A stretch of DNA of 64,000 nt from Marmoricola sp. (lineage in GTDB: Bacteria; Actinomycetota; Actinomycetes; Propionibacteriales; Nocardioidaceae), in contig JAOPXI010000036.1 of assembly GCA_025965215.1 (NCBI GenBank), forward strand, positions 2,915 to 66,914. Direction: 5' to 3'. The notes under the pieces were generated by a model, which did not search any database, was not told where the DNA came from, and was given only the letters and a program-made list of their open reading frames with translations. Both the position numbers and the translations under genes were made by a program. Shown here one piece after another: positions 8,344 through 17,726 of this stretch. Numbering within the stretch: position 1 is the first letter of the stretch; each line of letters begins with the position of its first letter.

Positions 8344-8883
8344 ATGACCGACTACGACGTAGTCCTGCTGGTCGAGCAGCAGCTGAGCGCGCTCGATGCC
8401 GCCCAGGTACGCAGCCTGCACGAGGAGATCGACGAGCCCGTGCTGTACCACCTCCTGGTTCCCGTGGCCGAGGTCGCGCAGCACATCGAGGCCGGCATGG
8501 GCCCCCTCGGTACTGCCGACATGCTGGCTGCCACTCCCCCGATGCTGACCGACCCCGAGCAGGTCAAAGAGGTCCAGGGCGAGGTCCTCGATGAAGCCCG
8601 TACGGCGGTCAAGGCGTCGGTCGATGCGATCGTGGCCGCCGGCGGACGGGCGGTCGGTGACGTCGTCTCGATCGACCCGATCAAGGCCCTGGCCGACAAG
8701 GTGGCAGCGGTCGACGCGCGCGAAGCGATCATCCTGACCCGCGCGCACGTCGTCAGCGAGTTCTTCCACCTCGACTGGACGTCGCGCGCCCGGCGCAAGC
8801 TCGGCGTACCGGTGCTGCACCTGCTCGAGCACGAGACCTTCGACGAGCAGGCCGGCGAGGGCGAAGGCATCAGCGGGTTCTGA
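8344..8883 (+). CDS. Hypothetical acidic protein
   Basis: The ORF has good GC3 coding bias. GGAGG lies 4 nt before ATG 8344. I recognised no family. Confidence 0.55.
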   Translation: MTDYDVVLLVEQQLSALDAAQVRSLHEEIDEPVLYHLLVPVAEVAQHIEAGMGPLGTADMLAATPPMLTDPEQVKEVQGEVLDEARTAVKASVDAIVAAGGRAVGDVVSIDPIKALADKVAAVDAREAIILTRAHVVSEFFHLDWTSRARRKLGVPVLHLLEHETFDEQAGEGEGISGF

Positions 8884-8885
8884 TC

Positions 8886-9365
8886 GTGCAGGTCACTGCC
8901 TTGAACGGGCGCACGATCGACGTCGGGCGCCGCTGGTGCCCGTGGTCGTTGCACACCCCCAGCCTCGACGAGGTGCGCGACGCCAGCCCGTTCTCGCTCG
9001 CCGGCAGCACACGAGATGTCGGCGGGTTCGTCTTCGACCTGATCCTCGGTGTGATCATGCTGCTCGTCGTCGGCGGCGGGTTGCTCGTGAGGTTCGTGCT
9101 CGAGGCGCTGGAGGCACTCGCCCTGCTGGCGCTGCTTCCCCTGGTCGCGGCCTTGCGGGTGCTTCGGGTACTGCCCTGGGTCATCCGGGCCAGGGACGGC
9201 GCGACCGTCCTCGGCGTCGCGAAGGTGCGCGGCTGGCGTGGGTCCGAGGAGCTGATCCATGAGCTCGCAGCCGACTTCCAGTTCGGACGTGACCCATTCG
9301 GGCACGCCGGAACGACCTGGCGCCAGGCCGACAGCGCGGCTCAGCCCATCACGCGCAGCTGGTAG
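8886..9365 (+). CDS. Hypothetical membrane protein
   Basis: A GTG start lies 2 nt after the upstream stop. It has two hydrophobic helices (FVFDLILGVIMLLVVGGGLLV and LALLALLPLVAAL). I recognised no family. Confidence 0.45.
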   Translation: MQVTALNGRTIDVGRRWCPWSLHTPSLDEVRDASPFSLAGSTRDVGGFVFDLILGVIMLLVVGGGLLVRFVLEALEALALLALLPLVAALRVLRVLPWVIRARDGATVLGVAKVRGWRGSEELIHELAADFQFGRDPFGHAGTTWRQADSAAQPITRSW

Positions 9366-9790
9366 AACCCGTGCGTCTTCGCGACCACGACACCGTCTTC
9401 GTCGGTCACCTCGGTGAGCAGCTCGAAGTTCGATTTCCCGTTGGCGACCGTCTCGGCCTGGACGCGGGCGATCTCGTCATCCGACAACGTCGTACGTGAG
9501 GTCGCGGCGGACATGGCCGGTCGGGTGAAGTCGATCTCCAGCCGCTTCACCAGCGGGATCGCGCCGGGGACGTCGAAGAAACCGCCGATGATCCCGCCCA
9601 GCATCTCGGCGACCGAGAACAACGAACCGGCATAGCTGACTCCGAAGTGGTTCACGTTCGGGCCGGTGGGGATTCGCGCGGCCGCCCGCCCTGGCGCCGC
9701 CTCGATGACCTCCAGGCCCATGGCGCCCAGGATCGGCACGATGGCGTGGACGTTGGCGGTGGCCGCGGCCAGATCTGTCTCTTCGGTCAT
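9341..9790 (-). CDS. PaaI/YiiD-like hotdog-fold thioesterase (DUF4442-like)
   Basis: Hotdog-type motifs NHFGVSYAGSLFSVAEMLGG and DFTRPA are present, and the size is about 150 aa. Confidence 0.7.
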   Translation of the reverse strand: MTEETDLAAATANVHAIVPILGAMGLEVIEAAPGRAAARIPTGPNVNHFGVSYAGSLFSVAEMLGGIIGGFFDVPGAIPLVKRLEIDFTRPAMSAATSRTTLSDDEIARVQAETVANGKSNFELLTEVTDEDGVVVAKTHGFYQLRVMG

Positions 9791-9811
9791 GACCGGAAAG
9801 ATAGCGGCCCC

Positions 9812-10906
9812 TCAGTCCTCGATCCGGCGTCCCTCGGCATCCCAGTGCTCGGCGACCTTCTTGCTGGGCTGCACCCGTGGCGGCTCGCCCGGCATCTTCG
9901 GGTAGTCCGGCGGGTAGTTGAGCTCAACTGCTCCCTGCTCCTCGAACGCGTCCAGCAACGGCTGCAATGAGCACACCGCGTCGTCGATGCCGGCCCAGGG
10001 ATCACCATCGGCCATCCGCTCAGGCACGGTGAAGAGGTTGAACGCCTTCGGGTCGGTCACGCCCGCCAGCTCGTCCCAGGTCATCGGTGTCGAGACCGGA
10101 GCGCCGGGAAGCGGCCGGAGCGAGTACGCCGACGCGATCGTCCGGTCGCGGGAGTTCTGGTTGAAGTCCACGAAGATCCGCTCGCCACGCTCCTCCTTCC
10201 ACCACGCGGTCGTCACGCCGTCGTCACGTTTCTCCAGCTCCCGGCCGAACGCGATCGCCGCATGTCGTACCTCGACGAAGTCCCACCGTGGTTCGATCCG
10301 CACGAAGATGTGCACGCCGCGGTTGCCGGAGGTCTTCGCGAACCCGGTCATGCCGAGATCGGCGAGCAGCTCCCGGGCAACCCCGGCAACGCGGACCGCA
10401 TCGGTGAAGCCGGTGCCCGGCTGCGGATCCAGGTCGATGCGCAGCTCATCGGGCTTGTCGCCCCAGGAATTGAGCGCAGGGTCGCGCCGTACGGGCCACG
10501 GGTGGAAGGTCAGCGCGCCCATCTGCGCACACCACACCGGTACGGCGATCTCGGTCGGGCAGACCTCCTGGGCCGTCCGGCCCGAGGGAAACGTGACCTC
10601 ACAGGACTCCAGGTAGTCGGGCGCTCCCATGGGCACCCGCTTCTGGTAGAACGCGTCCGCCTTCTCGCCCGGGCGTCCGGTACCGAGCTTGATCCCGGGC
10701 AGGACACCCTTCGGCCAGCGCTCCAGAGCGGTGGGCCGATGCCGCAGGGCACGCATCAGGCCGTCCCCGACGTCGGCGAAGAACTGCGCGACCATGAGCT
10801 TGGTGACCTCGGGAGTCGAATCCGTCGCCGGGTAGATCACCCGGTCAGGACTGGAGACCCGGACAGCACGATCGCCCGCGATGACCTCGGCGGCAGGAGT
10901 GGCCAT
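9812..10906 (-). CDS. LigD-type primase-polymerase domain protein (Prim-PolC-like partner of LigC)
   Basis: Motifs are VSSPDRVIYP, LERWPKGV, FHPWP, DELRIDLDP, KTSGNRGVHIFV and IFVDFNQNSRDRT, which are AEP Prim-Pol signatures. Confidence 0.85.
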   Translation of the reverse strand: MATPAAEVIAGDRAVRVSSPDRVIYPATDSTPEVTKLMVAQFFADVGDGLMRALRHRPTALERWPKGVLPGIKLGTGRPGEKADAFYQKRVPMGAPDYLESCEVTFPSGRTAQEVCPTEIAVPVWCAQMGALTFHPWPVRRDPALNSWGDKPDELRIDLDPQPGTGFTDAVRVAGVARELLADLGMTGFAKTSGNRGVHIFVRIEPRWDFVEVRHAAIAFGRELEKRDDGVTTAWWKEERGERIFVDFNQNSRDRTIASAYSLRPLPGAPVSTPMTWDELAGVTDPKAFNLFTVPERMADGDPWAGIDDAVCSLQPLLDAFEEQGAVELNYPPDYPKMPGEPPRVQPSKKVAEHWDAEGRRIED

Positions 10907-10993
10907 GGCCCGACCCTAGCGGCCGTGTCCGACGTCACTGTTTCGTCATCGTTCTGCGCTGGGCTCCAGACGCCGGGTCAGTAACCTGGGGGC

Positions 10994-11401
10994 ATGGGTT
11001 ACCAGGTCGAGAAGTCCGACGCCGAATGGCGTGAGCAGCTGAGCCCCGAGGAGTACACGGTGCTCCGCAAGGCAGGGACCGAGCGTCCCTTCGTGGGCGA
11101 GTACACCGACACCAAGACCGAAGGCGTCTACCGGTGCAAGGCCTGCCAGGCCGAGCTCTTCCGGTCGACGACCAAGTTCGACTCGCACTGCGGCTGGCCG
11201 TCCTTCTACGCCCCGCTGGCCGGCGACAGCGTCGAGTACATCGAGGACCGCTCGATGGGCAGCGTCCGCACCGAGGTCCGGTGCGCGAACTGCGGCTCGC
11301 ACCTCGGCCACGTCTTCGAGGGCGAGGGGTACGGCACGCCGACTGATCAGCGGTTCTGCATCAACTCGATCAGCCTGACGCTGGAACCGGCCGAAGGCTG
11401 A
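10994..11401 (+). CDS. msrB: Peptide-methionine (R)-S-oxide reductase MsrB
   Basis: Two CxxC pairs (CKAC, CANC), GWPSF, HLGHVF and the catalytic RFCINS. Confidence 0.92.
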   Translation: MGYQVEKSDAEWREQLSPEEYTVLRKAGTERPFVGEYTDTKTEGVYRCKACQAELFRSTTKFDSHCGWPSFYAPLAGDSVEYIEDRSMGSVRTEVRCANCGSHLGHVFEGEGYGTPTDQRFCINSISLTLEPAEG

Positions 11402-11452
11402 GGTCTCGAGACGCCTGCCGGCGCTCCTCAGGGACCGCCTCCTCGACGACCG

Positions 11453-12151
11453 TCAGGGCAATTTACTGATCAGCACCGCGGGCTCAAGGCGCCTGCCGGT
11501 GTAGAACGGCACCTCTTCACGCACGTGACGCCGCGTCTCGGACCCGCGCAGGTGCCGCATCAGGTCGACGATCCGGTACAGCTCGGCAGCCTCGAACGCC
11601 AGCATCCACTCGTAGTCGCCGAGGGCGAACGACGACACGGTGTTGGCGCGCACGTCCGGATAGTCGCGCGCCATCTTCCCGTGCTCGGCCAGCAGCCGGC
11701 GTCGCTCCGCGTCCTCGAGCAGGTACCACTCGTAGGACCGCACGAACGGGTACACGCACACGTAGGGCTGCACCTCCTCGTCGGCCAGGAACGCGGGCAC
11801 GTGGCTCTTGTTGAACTCGGCCGGCCGGTGCAGCGCCATCTGCGACCACACCGGGTCGAGCCGGCGGCCGAACGCAGTGGAGCGGAAGGCCTGGTAGGCG
11901 TCCTGCAGCTCGTCGGAGGTCTCGGCGTGCCACCAGATCATCAGGTCGGCATCGGCGCGCAGGCCAGACACGTCATAGACACCGCGGACGACGACATCGG
12001 CGTCGGCGAACGCGGCGATCAGCGCCTCGACCTCGGCCACCTCCGCGCTGCGGTCGGCGGTCCCGAACAGGTCGCGCAACCGGAAGACCGACCACATGGT
12101 GTAGCGCGTCATGTCGTTGATCTCGCGGGCCTTCTTCACGTTGGTCGCCAT
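11453..12151 (-). CDS. hemQ: Coproheme decarboxylase HemQ/ChdC (chlorite-dismutase family)
   Basis: The protein runs MATNVKKAREINDMTRYTMWSVF ... YVCVYPFVRSYEWYLL ... VPFYTGRR. The start is at 12151. The tracked 684-aa ORF is an open-frame extension antisense to hemY. Confidence 0.88.
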   Translation of the reverse strand: MATNVKKAREINDMTRYTMWSVFRLRDLFGTADRSAEVAEVEALIAAFADADVVVRGVYDVSGLRADADLMIWWHAETSDELQDAYQAFRSTAFGRRLDPVWSQMALHRPAEFNKSHVPAFLADEEVQPYVCVYPFVRSYEWYLLEDAERRRLLAEHGKMARDYPDVRANTVSSFALGDYEWMLAFEAAELYRIVDLMRHLRGSETRRHVREEVPFYTGRRLEPAVLISKLP

Positions 12152-12174
12152 CCCGACATCCTCCCAAGCCCGGG

Positions 12175-13590
12175 CTACACCGGCGCAGGCAGGTCCGGCA
12201 ACAGCGCTGCCACGGCGGCGTGGGCCGAGGCGATGCACGCAGGGATGCCCAGTCCGTCGTACGCCGCACCGCACACCGCGAGCCCACCGAGCCGGGCGAC
12301 GTCGGCCCGCACGGCAGCGATCCGGTCGAGATGCCCCACCGCGTACTGGGGAAGCCCCCCGCCCCAGCGCTGGACGTGCGAGTCGATCGGCCGGACCGAC
12401 AGCCCGATCGCGTCCGCCAGGTCCGCCAGGGCCAGCCGGACCAGCTCGGCGTCGTCCTGCTGGAGCTGGTGCTCTTCGCGGTGCCGGCCCAGGGAGCAGC
12501 GCATCACGACGACACCGGCGTCGGCCTGGCGCAGCCAGTCCCACTTGGCGAACGAGAAAGTCGCAGCCTTGATCGCGCGCTTCTCGACCGGCGGGACCAG
12601 GAACCCCGAACCGATCACAGCCGGGAAGTCGCGTACCGCGAAGGCCATCGTCACCAAGGCCACCGACGCGTACTCGATCCGGGCCAGTTCCAGGGCCGCG
12701 TTCGGTGCCACGTCGCTCAGCAGGCGTGCCGTCGTCCGCGCGGGCGTCGCAAGGATGACCGCGTCGGCTTGCACGAGCCGCGGTTCGGCGGTGGAACCGA
12801 CGACCACCGTCCAGCCGCCGTCCGGGCGCCGGGCCAGGTCGCGAGCCGTTGCCTCCGTCTCGATCCGCGCACCGCAGCTCGCCGCGACTGCCTCGGGCAG
12901 CCGCCCGATCCCGCCTCTGATGCCCGCGAAGACCGGGAGGTTGCTGGCCGGGCCGGACGTGGCCCGCGCCGCGGCCTTGCCCAGCGACCGGTCCCGGTCG
13001 AGCAGTGCGACCACCTGGGGCACGGCTGCTCGCGCCGAGATCTCGCGCGCGTGACCGGCGTACACGCCACCCAGGAGCGGCTCGACGAGCCGGTCGACGA
13101 CCTCCTTGCCGAAGCGTTCCTCGACCAGGGCGCCGATGCTGGTGTCGCGCCCGTCGAGCGACGTGGCCGGCAGGACTGTGTCCATAGCTGCCCGGGCCAG
13201 TCCCGCCTTCGAGATGACCCCGGACTCGGCCAGTGCCCGCAGGTCGGTCGGGATGCCCATCATCGTGCGCGGCATCGGGAGCAGCTCGCCCCGATTCCAC
13301 AGGCTCGCCGTCGTGGTCGCCGGGTAGACGACATCTTCGGCAAGGCCTGATGTACGGGCAAGGGCGACACCCTCGGGACGCCGGTTGAGCATCGCCTCGG
13401 CACCGATGTCGACGCGGACTCCCCCGATCTCGGCGGTACGCAGCTTGCCACCGATCTGATCGGATCCTTCGAGAACCACGACGTCGACGTCCGGCCGTTC
13501 TTCGCACACCCGGGCCGCCGCAGCCAGACCCGAGATCCCGCCGCCGATGATCACGACGACAGGGGCTGCGCGAACGGGAGTGGACACCAT
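12175..13590 (-). CDS. hemY: Protoporphyrinogen/coproporphyrinogen III oxidase (HemY/CgoX)
   Basis: FAD dinucleotide motif VVIIGGGISGLAAA, then GGKLRT and the C-terminus GLAVCGAAYDGLGIPACI. The start is at MVSTPV (13590). Confidence 0.85.
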   Translation of the reverse strand: MVSTPVRAAPVVVIIGGGISGLAAAARVCEERPDVDVVVLEGSDQIGGKLRTAEIGGVRVDIGAEAMLNRRPEGVALARTSGLAEDVVYPATTTASLWNRGELLPMPRTMMGIPTDLRALAESGVISKAGLARAAMDTVLPATSLDGRDTSIGALVEERFGKEVVDRLVEPLLGGVYAGHAREISARAAVPQVVALLDRDRSLGKAAARATSGPASNLPVFAGIRGGIGRLPEAVAASCGARIETEATARDLARRPDGGWTVVVGSTAEPRLVQADAVILATPARTTARLLSDVAPNAALELARIEYASVALVTMAFAVRDFPAVIGSGFLVPPVEKRAIKAATFSFAKWDWLRQADAGVVVMRCSLGRHREEHQLQQDDAELVRLALADLADAIGLSVRPIDSHVQRWGGGLPQYAVGHLDRIAAVRADVARLGGLAVCGAAYDGLGIPACIASAHAAVAALLPDLPAPV

Positions 13591-13634
13591 CCCAGAGTAC
13601 GGATCGCGATCCGAGGGATCCGAGGGGGCAGTCG

Positions 13635-14618
13635 GTGCGTCAGACCGCCATGAAGATCCAGCGCGTCCTCCTGATCGTTCCTGCCACGCTGCTGGTCGCA
13701 GCCTGCGGGGCCGCCGCCACCAGCCACACCACGGACTCCACCATCGCGGCCACCAAGGCCGGGCTCCGCGCCCCAGGATCCTTCGCTCCGAGCACACCCC
13801 AGCTCAACGGCCTCGCGCCCGAACCGGCGACGGTAGGAGCTCCGGCGACGTCCGACCAGTCGTCCGCCGGGGCGGGATCGGGTGCCTCAGCGGGCGCGGC
13901 GGGGGACACCAGCATCAGTCAGGGCCCGGCGATCATCTCCAAGGGCCAGATCTCGCTGACCACCCCGCACATCGATCGTGCCCGGTTCAAGCTCCAGCAG
14001 TACCTCGACACCTGGAACGGCACCATCGCCAGCGAGCAGTCGACCGCGGACCCGCGCGGGCATACCGACCAGACCCGGCTCGAGCTTCGGATCCCGAGCA
14101 ACCGGTTCGACGACGCGATGAACCAGCTGCCGGCTCTCGGGAAGCTGGTCGACCGCAGCCGCTCCTCGCAGGACGTGACCACCCAGGTCATCGACAACAA
14201 CGCCCGGGTGCGCAGCCAGCAGCTCAGCCTCGACCGGATCCAGGCGCTGCTGGCCCAGGCCCAGAACCTCAACCAGATCATCGCCATCGAGTCGCAGCTC
14301 AGCCAGCGTCAGGCCGACCTGGACTCACTCGAGCAGCAGCAGAAGTACCTCGCCGACCAGACCTCCCTGGCCACCATCGACCTGTACCTGACGGTTCCCG
14401 GCAAAGCACCGGTCGTGCTGCACGCACACAAGAGCTTCTGGTCCGGTCTCACGTCCGGGTGGAACGCCCTCGGAACCAGCACGTCGGCGGTGCTCAACGC
14501 GGTCGGTGCCGCGCTGCCGTTCGCCCTGGTGCTCGGTCTGATCGGGTTCGCCGGCCGGCTGGCGTGGCGTCGGCGTACGACGAAGACCCTCGCGGATCCC
14601 GGGCCCGTGGAGGTGTGA
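13635..14618 (+). CDS. DUF4349 domain lipoprotein
   Basis: Signal peptide with lipobox LLVAAC. A coiled-coil middle section (IDNNARVRSQQLSLDRIQALL) and a C-terminal TM segment are typical of DUF4349. Confidence 0.75.
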   Translation: MRQTAMKIQRVLLIVPATLLVAACGAAATSHTTDSTIAATKAGLRAPGSFAPSTPQLNGLAPEPATVGAPATSDQSSAGAGSGASAGAAGDTSISQGPAIISKGQISLTTPHIDRARFKLQQYLDTWNGTIASEQSTADPRGHTDQTRLELRIPSNRFDDAMNQLPALGKLVDRSRSSQDVTTQVIDNNARVRSQQLSLDRIQALLAQAQNLNQIIAIESQLSQRQADLDSLEQQQKYLADQTSLATIDLYLTVPGKAPVVLHAHKSFWSGLTSGWNALGTSTSAVLNAVGAALPFALVLGLIGFAGRLAWRRRTTKTLADPGPVEV

Positions 14619-15677
14619 TCAGCGGGCGCTGGCCTCGTGGACGTGATCGGTCAGCCGCTTGAGCTGGTCAGGGTCGGTCGACGGGATCACGCCATGGCCG
14701 AGGTTGAAGATGTGCCCCGGAGCCGCACGGCCGGCAGCCAGGACCTGGTCGGCGCGTTCGAGCATCACCTCGGTCGGGGCGAAGACCAGGGTGGGGTCCA
14801 GGTTGCCCTGCACGCACCTGCCCCCGACGCGCGCGATCCCGTCCGCCAGCGGCACCCGCCAGTCCACCCCCACCACGTCGGCGCCCGCCTGGCCCATCAG
14901 GTCGAGGATCTCGCCGGTGCCGACGCCGAAGTGGATCCGCGGGACGCCGGTACGACCGATCGCACCCAGCACGTCGGTGGAGTACGGGAGCACCTGGGCC
15001 TGGTAGTCGTCCCGGGTCAGGGCACCCGCCCAGGAGTCGAAGAGCTGGATCGCGCTCGCGCCGGCTGCCACCTGGACCTCCAGGTACGCCGTGGAGATCG
15101 CCGCGATCTTGGTCATCAGTGCCGCCCACACCTCCGGCGCGCCGAACATCAGCGCCTTGGTCTTCGCGTGCTCCTTCGACGGACCGCCCTCGACCAGGTA
15201 GGAGGCCACCGTGAACGGAGCACCGGCAAAGCCGATCAGGGGGGTGCTGCCGAGCTCCCCGACGAGCCGGGTGACCGACTCGGTGATGAACGGGACGTGC
15301 TCGGGGGTCAGGTCGGGGATGGCTGCGACGTCGGCCAGGGTGCGCACCGGGTTCGCGACCACCGGTCCGACTCCCGGGACGATGTCGAGGTCGACCCCGA
15401 TCGCCTTGAGCGGCAGCACGATGTCGGAGAAGAAGATCGCGGCGTCGACGCCGTAGCGGCGTACCGGCTGGAGGGTGATCTCGGTGACCAGGTCGGGCCG
15501 CATGCAGGAGTCGAGCATGGACACGCCTTCGCGGATCCTGAGGTACTCCGGCAGCGAGCGGCCGGCCTGTCGCATGAACCAGACGGGCGTGTGCGGAACC
15601 GGCTCACCGCGGGCTGCCCGCAGGAAGGCGGAGTCGCGAACAGCGTCCGCTGCGTTCGTGCTGGTGGGGGCCTGCAT
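14619..15677 (-). CDS. hemE: Uroporphyrinogen decarboxylase HemE
   Basis: Motifs PVWFMRQAGRSLPEY, FSDIVLPL and NLGHGV. Its stop abuts the convergent DUF4349 stop (TGA|TCA). Confidence 0.92.
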   Translation of the reverse strand: MQAPTSTNAADAVRDSAFLRAARGEPVPHTPVWFMRQAGRSLPEYLRIREGVSMLDSCMRPDLVTEITLQPVRRYGVDAAIFFSDIVLPLKAIGVDLDIVPGVGPVVANPVRTLADVAAIPDLTPEHVPFITESVTRLVGELGSTPLIGFAGAPFTVASYLVEGGPSKEHAKTKALMFGAPEVWAALMTKIAAISTAYLEVQVAAGASAIQLFDSWAGALTRDDYQAQVLPYSTDVLGAIGRTGVPRIHFGVGTGEILDLMGQAGADVVGVDWRVPLADGIARVGGRCVQGNLDPTLVFAPTEVMLERADQVLAAGRAAPGHIFNLGHGVIPSTDPDQLKRLTDHVHEASAR

Positions 15678-15747
15678 GGGACGATCTTCGCAGGTCAGGC
15701 GGCGAGTCGGGGACGCGGGATCCGGAGATCCGCCTTAACCTGAGGCC

Positions 15748-16347
15748 ATGTCCGCTCCTCGCGAACGACACATCGAGCCTGTGCCCGTCCCGGCCGAGTT
15801 CGAGCGTGCGGTCAGCCAGTTGCGGGCCGCGAAGTTCCGTCCCGAGGTCTACACCGAGGAGATGCCGGCGCCCCAGCGGATAGCTCCGTTCGCCTCGGCG
15901 ATCTCGGCGGACGTGACCGTAGACGGCGAGGACGTGGGCACCGGCCGGATCGTCGTGCTGCACGACCCCGCCGGCAACGACACCTGGGACGGGACCTTCC
16001 GCTGCGTGGCCTACGCCCGCGCCGACATCGACCCGGAGCTCGTCACCGATCCGCTGCTGGCCGAGGTCGGCTGGTCCTGGCTGACCGAGGCGCTCGAGGC
16101 GCACGGAGCCGAGTACGGCGCGCCGTCGGGGACCGTCACCAGCGTCGCCTCCGAGAGCTTCGGCGGGATGGCGGCCGAGCCGGGCACCGCCCAGATCGAG
16201 ATCCGTGCCTCCTGGACCCCGGTCGGCGACCTGACGGCGCACGTCGAGGCCTGGGGCGAGCTGCTGTGCACTGCCGCCGGCCTTCCGCCCGTCCCCGAAG
16301 GTGTCGCGACCATACCGAGCCGACGTGGGCAGCGCGGCAGCGACTGA
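15748..16347 (+). CDS. DUF3000 domain protein
   Basis: Motifs FRPEVYTEEMPAPQRIAP and GRIVVLHDPAGNDTWDGTFRCVAY. The hemE / DUF3000 / rnd synteny is typical of Actinomycetota. Confidence 0.8.
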   Translation: MSAPRERHIEPVPVPAEFERAVSQLRAAKFRPEVYTEEMPAPQRIAPFASAISADVTVDGEDVGTGRIVVLHDPAGNDTWDGTFRCVAYARADIDPELVTDPLLAEVGWSWLTEALEAHGAEYGAPSGTVTSVASESFGGMAAEPGTAQIEIRASWTPVGDLTAHVEAWGELLCTAAGLPPVPEGVATIPSRRGQRGSD

Positions 16348-17663
16348 TGGCGGCGGATACGACCGAGAACAGTCCCGGTGCCACCGACGAGGTCGAACCG
16401 CCGCCCGCTCCCCTGCTGACCCTGCGTGACGGCCTGCCACCGATCGTCGAGACTCCCGAAGCGCTGGCCGAGGTCGTGGCTGCGGTCGCCGCCGGCACCG
16501 GACCGATCGGTCTGGACGCCGAGCGCGCCTCGGGTTACCGCTACTCCGCCCGCGCCTACCTGATCCAGCTGCGCCGCGAAGGCGCCGGTACCGCCCTGAT
16601 CGACCCGACCGCGTTCGACGACCTGGTCTCGCTGAACGAGGCCTTCGGTGGCGCTGAGTGGATCCTGCATGCAGCCAGCCAGGACATCCCCTGCCTGCGT
16701 GAGGTCGGTCTGGTCCCGACCGCCCTGTTCGACACCGAGCTCGCCGCGCGCCTGCTCGGCTACCCACGGGTCGGTCTGGCCACCCTGGTCGAGGTCATCG
16801 TCGGCAAGTCGATGCGCAAGGAGCACTCGGCCGCCGACTGGTCCAAGCGTCCATTGCCCGAGCCCTGGCTCGAGTACGCCGCCCTGGACGTCGAGGTGCT
16901 CCTCGAGTTGCGCGACGTCCTCGCCGCCGAGCTCGAGGAGACCGGCAAGGCCGAGTGGGCCCGGCAGGAGTTCGAGCACCTGATCTCGTTCGACCCGCCG
17001 CCTCGGGTGGATCCGTGGCGCCGGACCTCAGGCATCCACAAGGCCAAGGGAAGGCGTGCCCTGGCGGCCGTGCGCGAGCTCTGGATCGTGCGCGACGAGC
17101 TCGCGGCCTCGCTGGACACCACTCCCGGCAGGCTGATCCCGGACTCCGCGATGATCGCGGCGGCCAACGCGCTGCCGACCAGCGGCAAGCTGCTGATGGA
17201 CACGCCGGCGTTCCACGGCCGCGGCGCCCGTCGCTACCTGGACACCTGGGTCGATGCCCTCAAGCGGGCGCGTGCCCTTCCCGACAACGAGCTCCCGCCG
17301 GTCGCCAACCGGTCCGACGGCCCGCCGCAGGTGCGCTCCTGGGCCGACCGCGACCCGGTGGCGGCGGCTCGCCTGAACACCGCCCGCGCCGCGGTCACCG
17401 CGCTGTCGGAGGACCGCAACGTGCCGGTCGAGAATCTGCTGACCCCGGACTACCTGCGCCGTGTCCTCTGGACCCCGCCCCAGGTCGCGGACGAGGACAT
17501 GGAGACCGCCGTCAGCGCCGAGCTGACCGAGCTGGGCGCCCGGGCGTGGCAGGTCGAGGTGATGGCGCCGCTCATCACCGACGCGATCCTGCATCCGGTC
17601 GCCCAGGTACCGGCCGCCGTACCGGCCGAGGACGTTGCCGAGCAAGCCCCCGAGGCGCCCTGA
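16347..17663 (+). CDS. rnd: Ribonuclease D (DEDD 3'-5' exonuclease plus HRDC domain)
   Basis: Motifs GLDAERASGYRY, ILHAASQDIPCL and YAALDVEVLLEL, followed by an HRDC region. ATG 16347 overlaps the upstream stop (TGATG). Confidence 0.85.
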   Translation: MAADTTENSPGATDEVEPPPAPLLTLRDGLPPIVETPEALAEVVAAVAAGTGPIGLDAERASGYRYSARAYLIQLRREGAGTALIDPTAFDDLVSLNEAFGGAEWILHAASQDIPCLREVGLVPTALFDTELAARLLGYPRVGLATLVEVIVGKSMRKEHSAADWSKRPLPEPWLEYAALDVEVLLELRDVLAAELEETGKAEWARQEFEHLISFDPPPRVDPWRRTSGIHKAKGRRALAAVRELWIVRDELAASLDTTPGRLIPDSAMIAAANALPTSGKLLMDTPAFHGRGARRYLDTWVDALKRARALPDNELPPVANRSDGPPQVRSWADRDPVAAARLNTARAAVTALSEDRNVPVENLLTPDYLRRVLWTPPQVADEDMETAVSAELTELGARAWQVEVMAPLITDAILHPVAQVPAAVPAEDVAEQAPEAP

Positions 17664-17726
17664 GCAGGACACGCCGCGCCGGTCGCCCGGCCGGACCCGG
17701 GCTCTCGGTCCCCTTAGGCTCGGTGC

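Noticed and set aside
11403-11412. The palindrome GTCTCGAGAC just after msrB, considered as a terminator
   Set aside because: It has no loop (a 10-nt perfect palindrome) and no flanking stem extension. This is not enough to call a terminator.
12152-13507. An N-terminal 450-codon extension of the hemQ ORF (tracked as 11453-13507)
   Set aside because: The extension is antisense to hemY and Arg/Pro-rich. HemQ homology starts at MATNVKKAREIN (12151).
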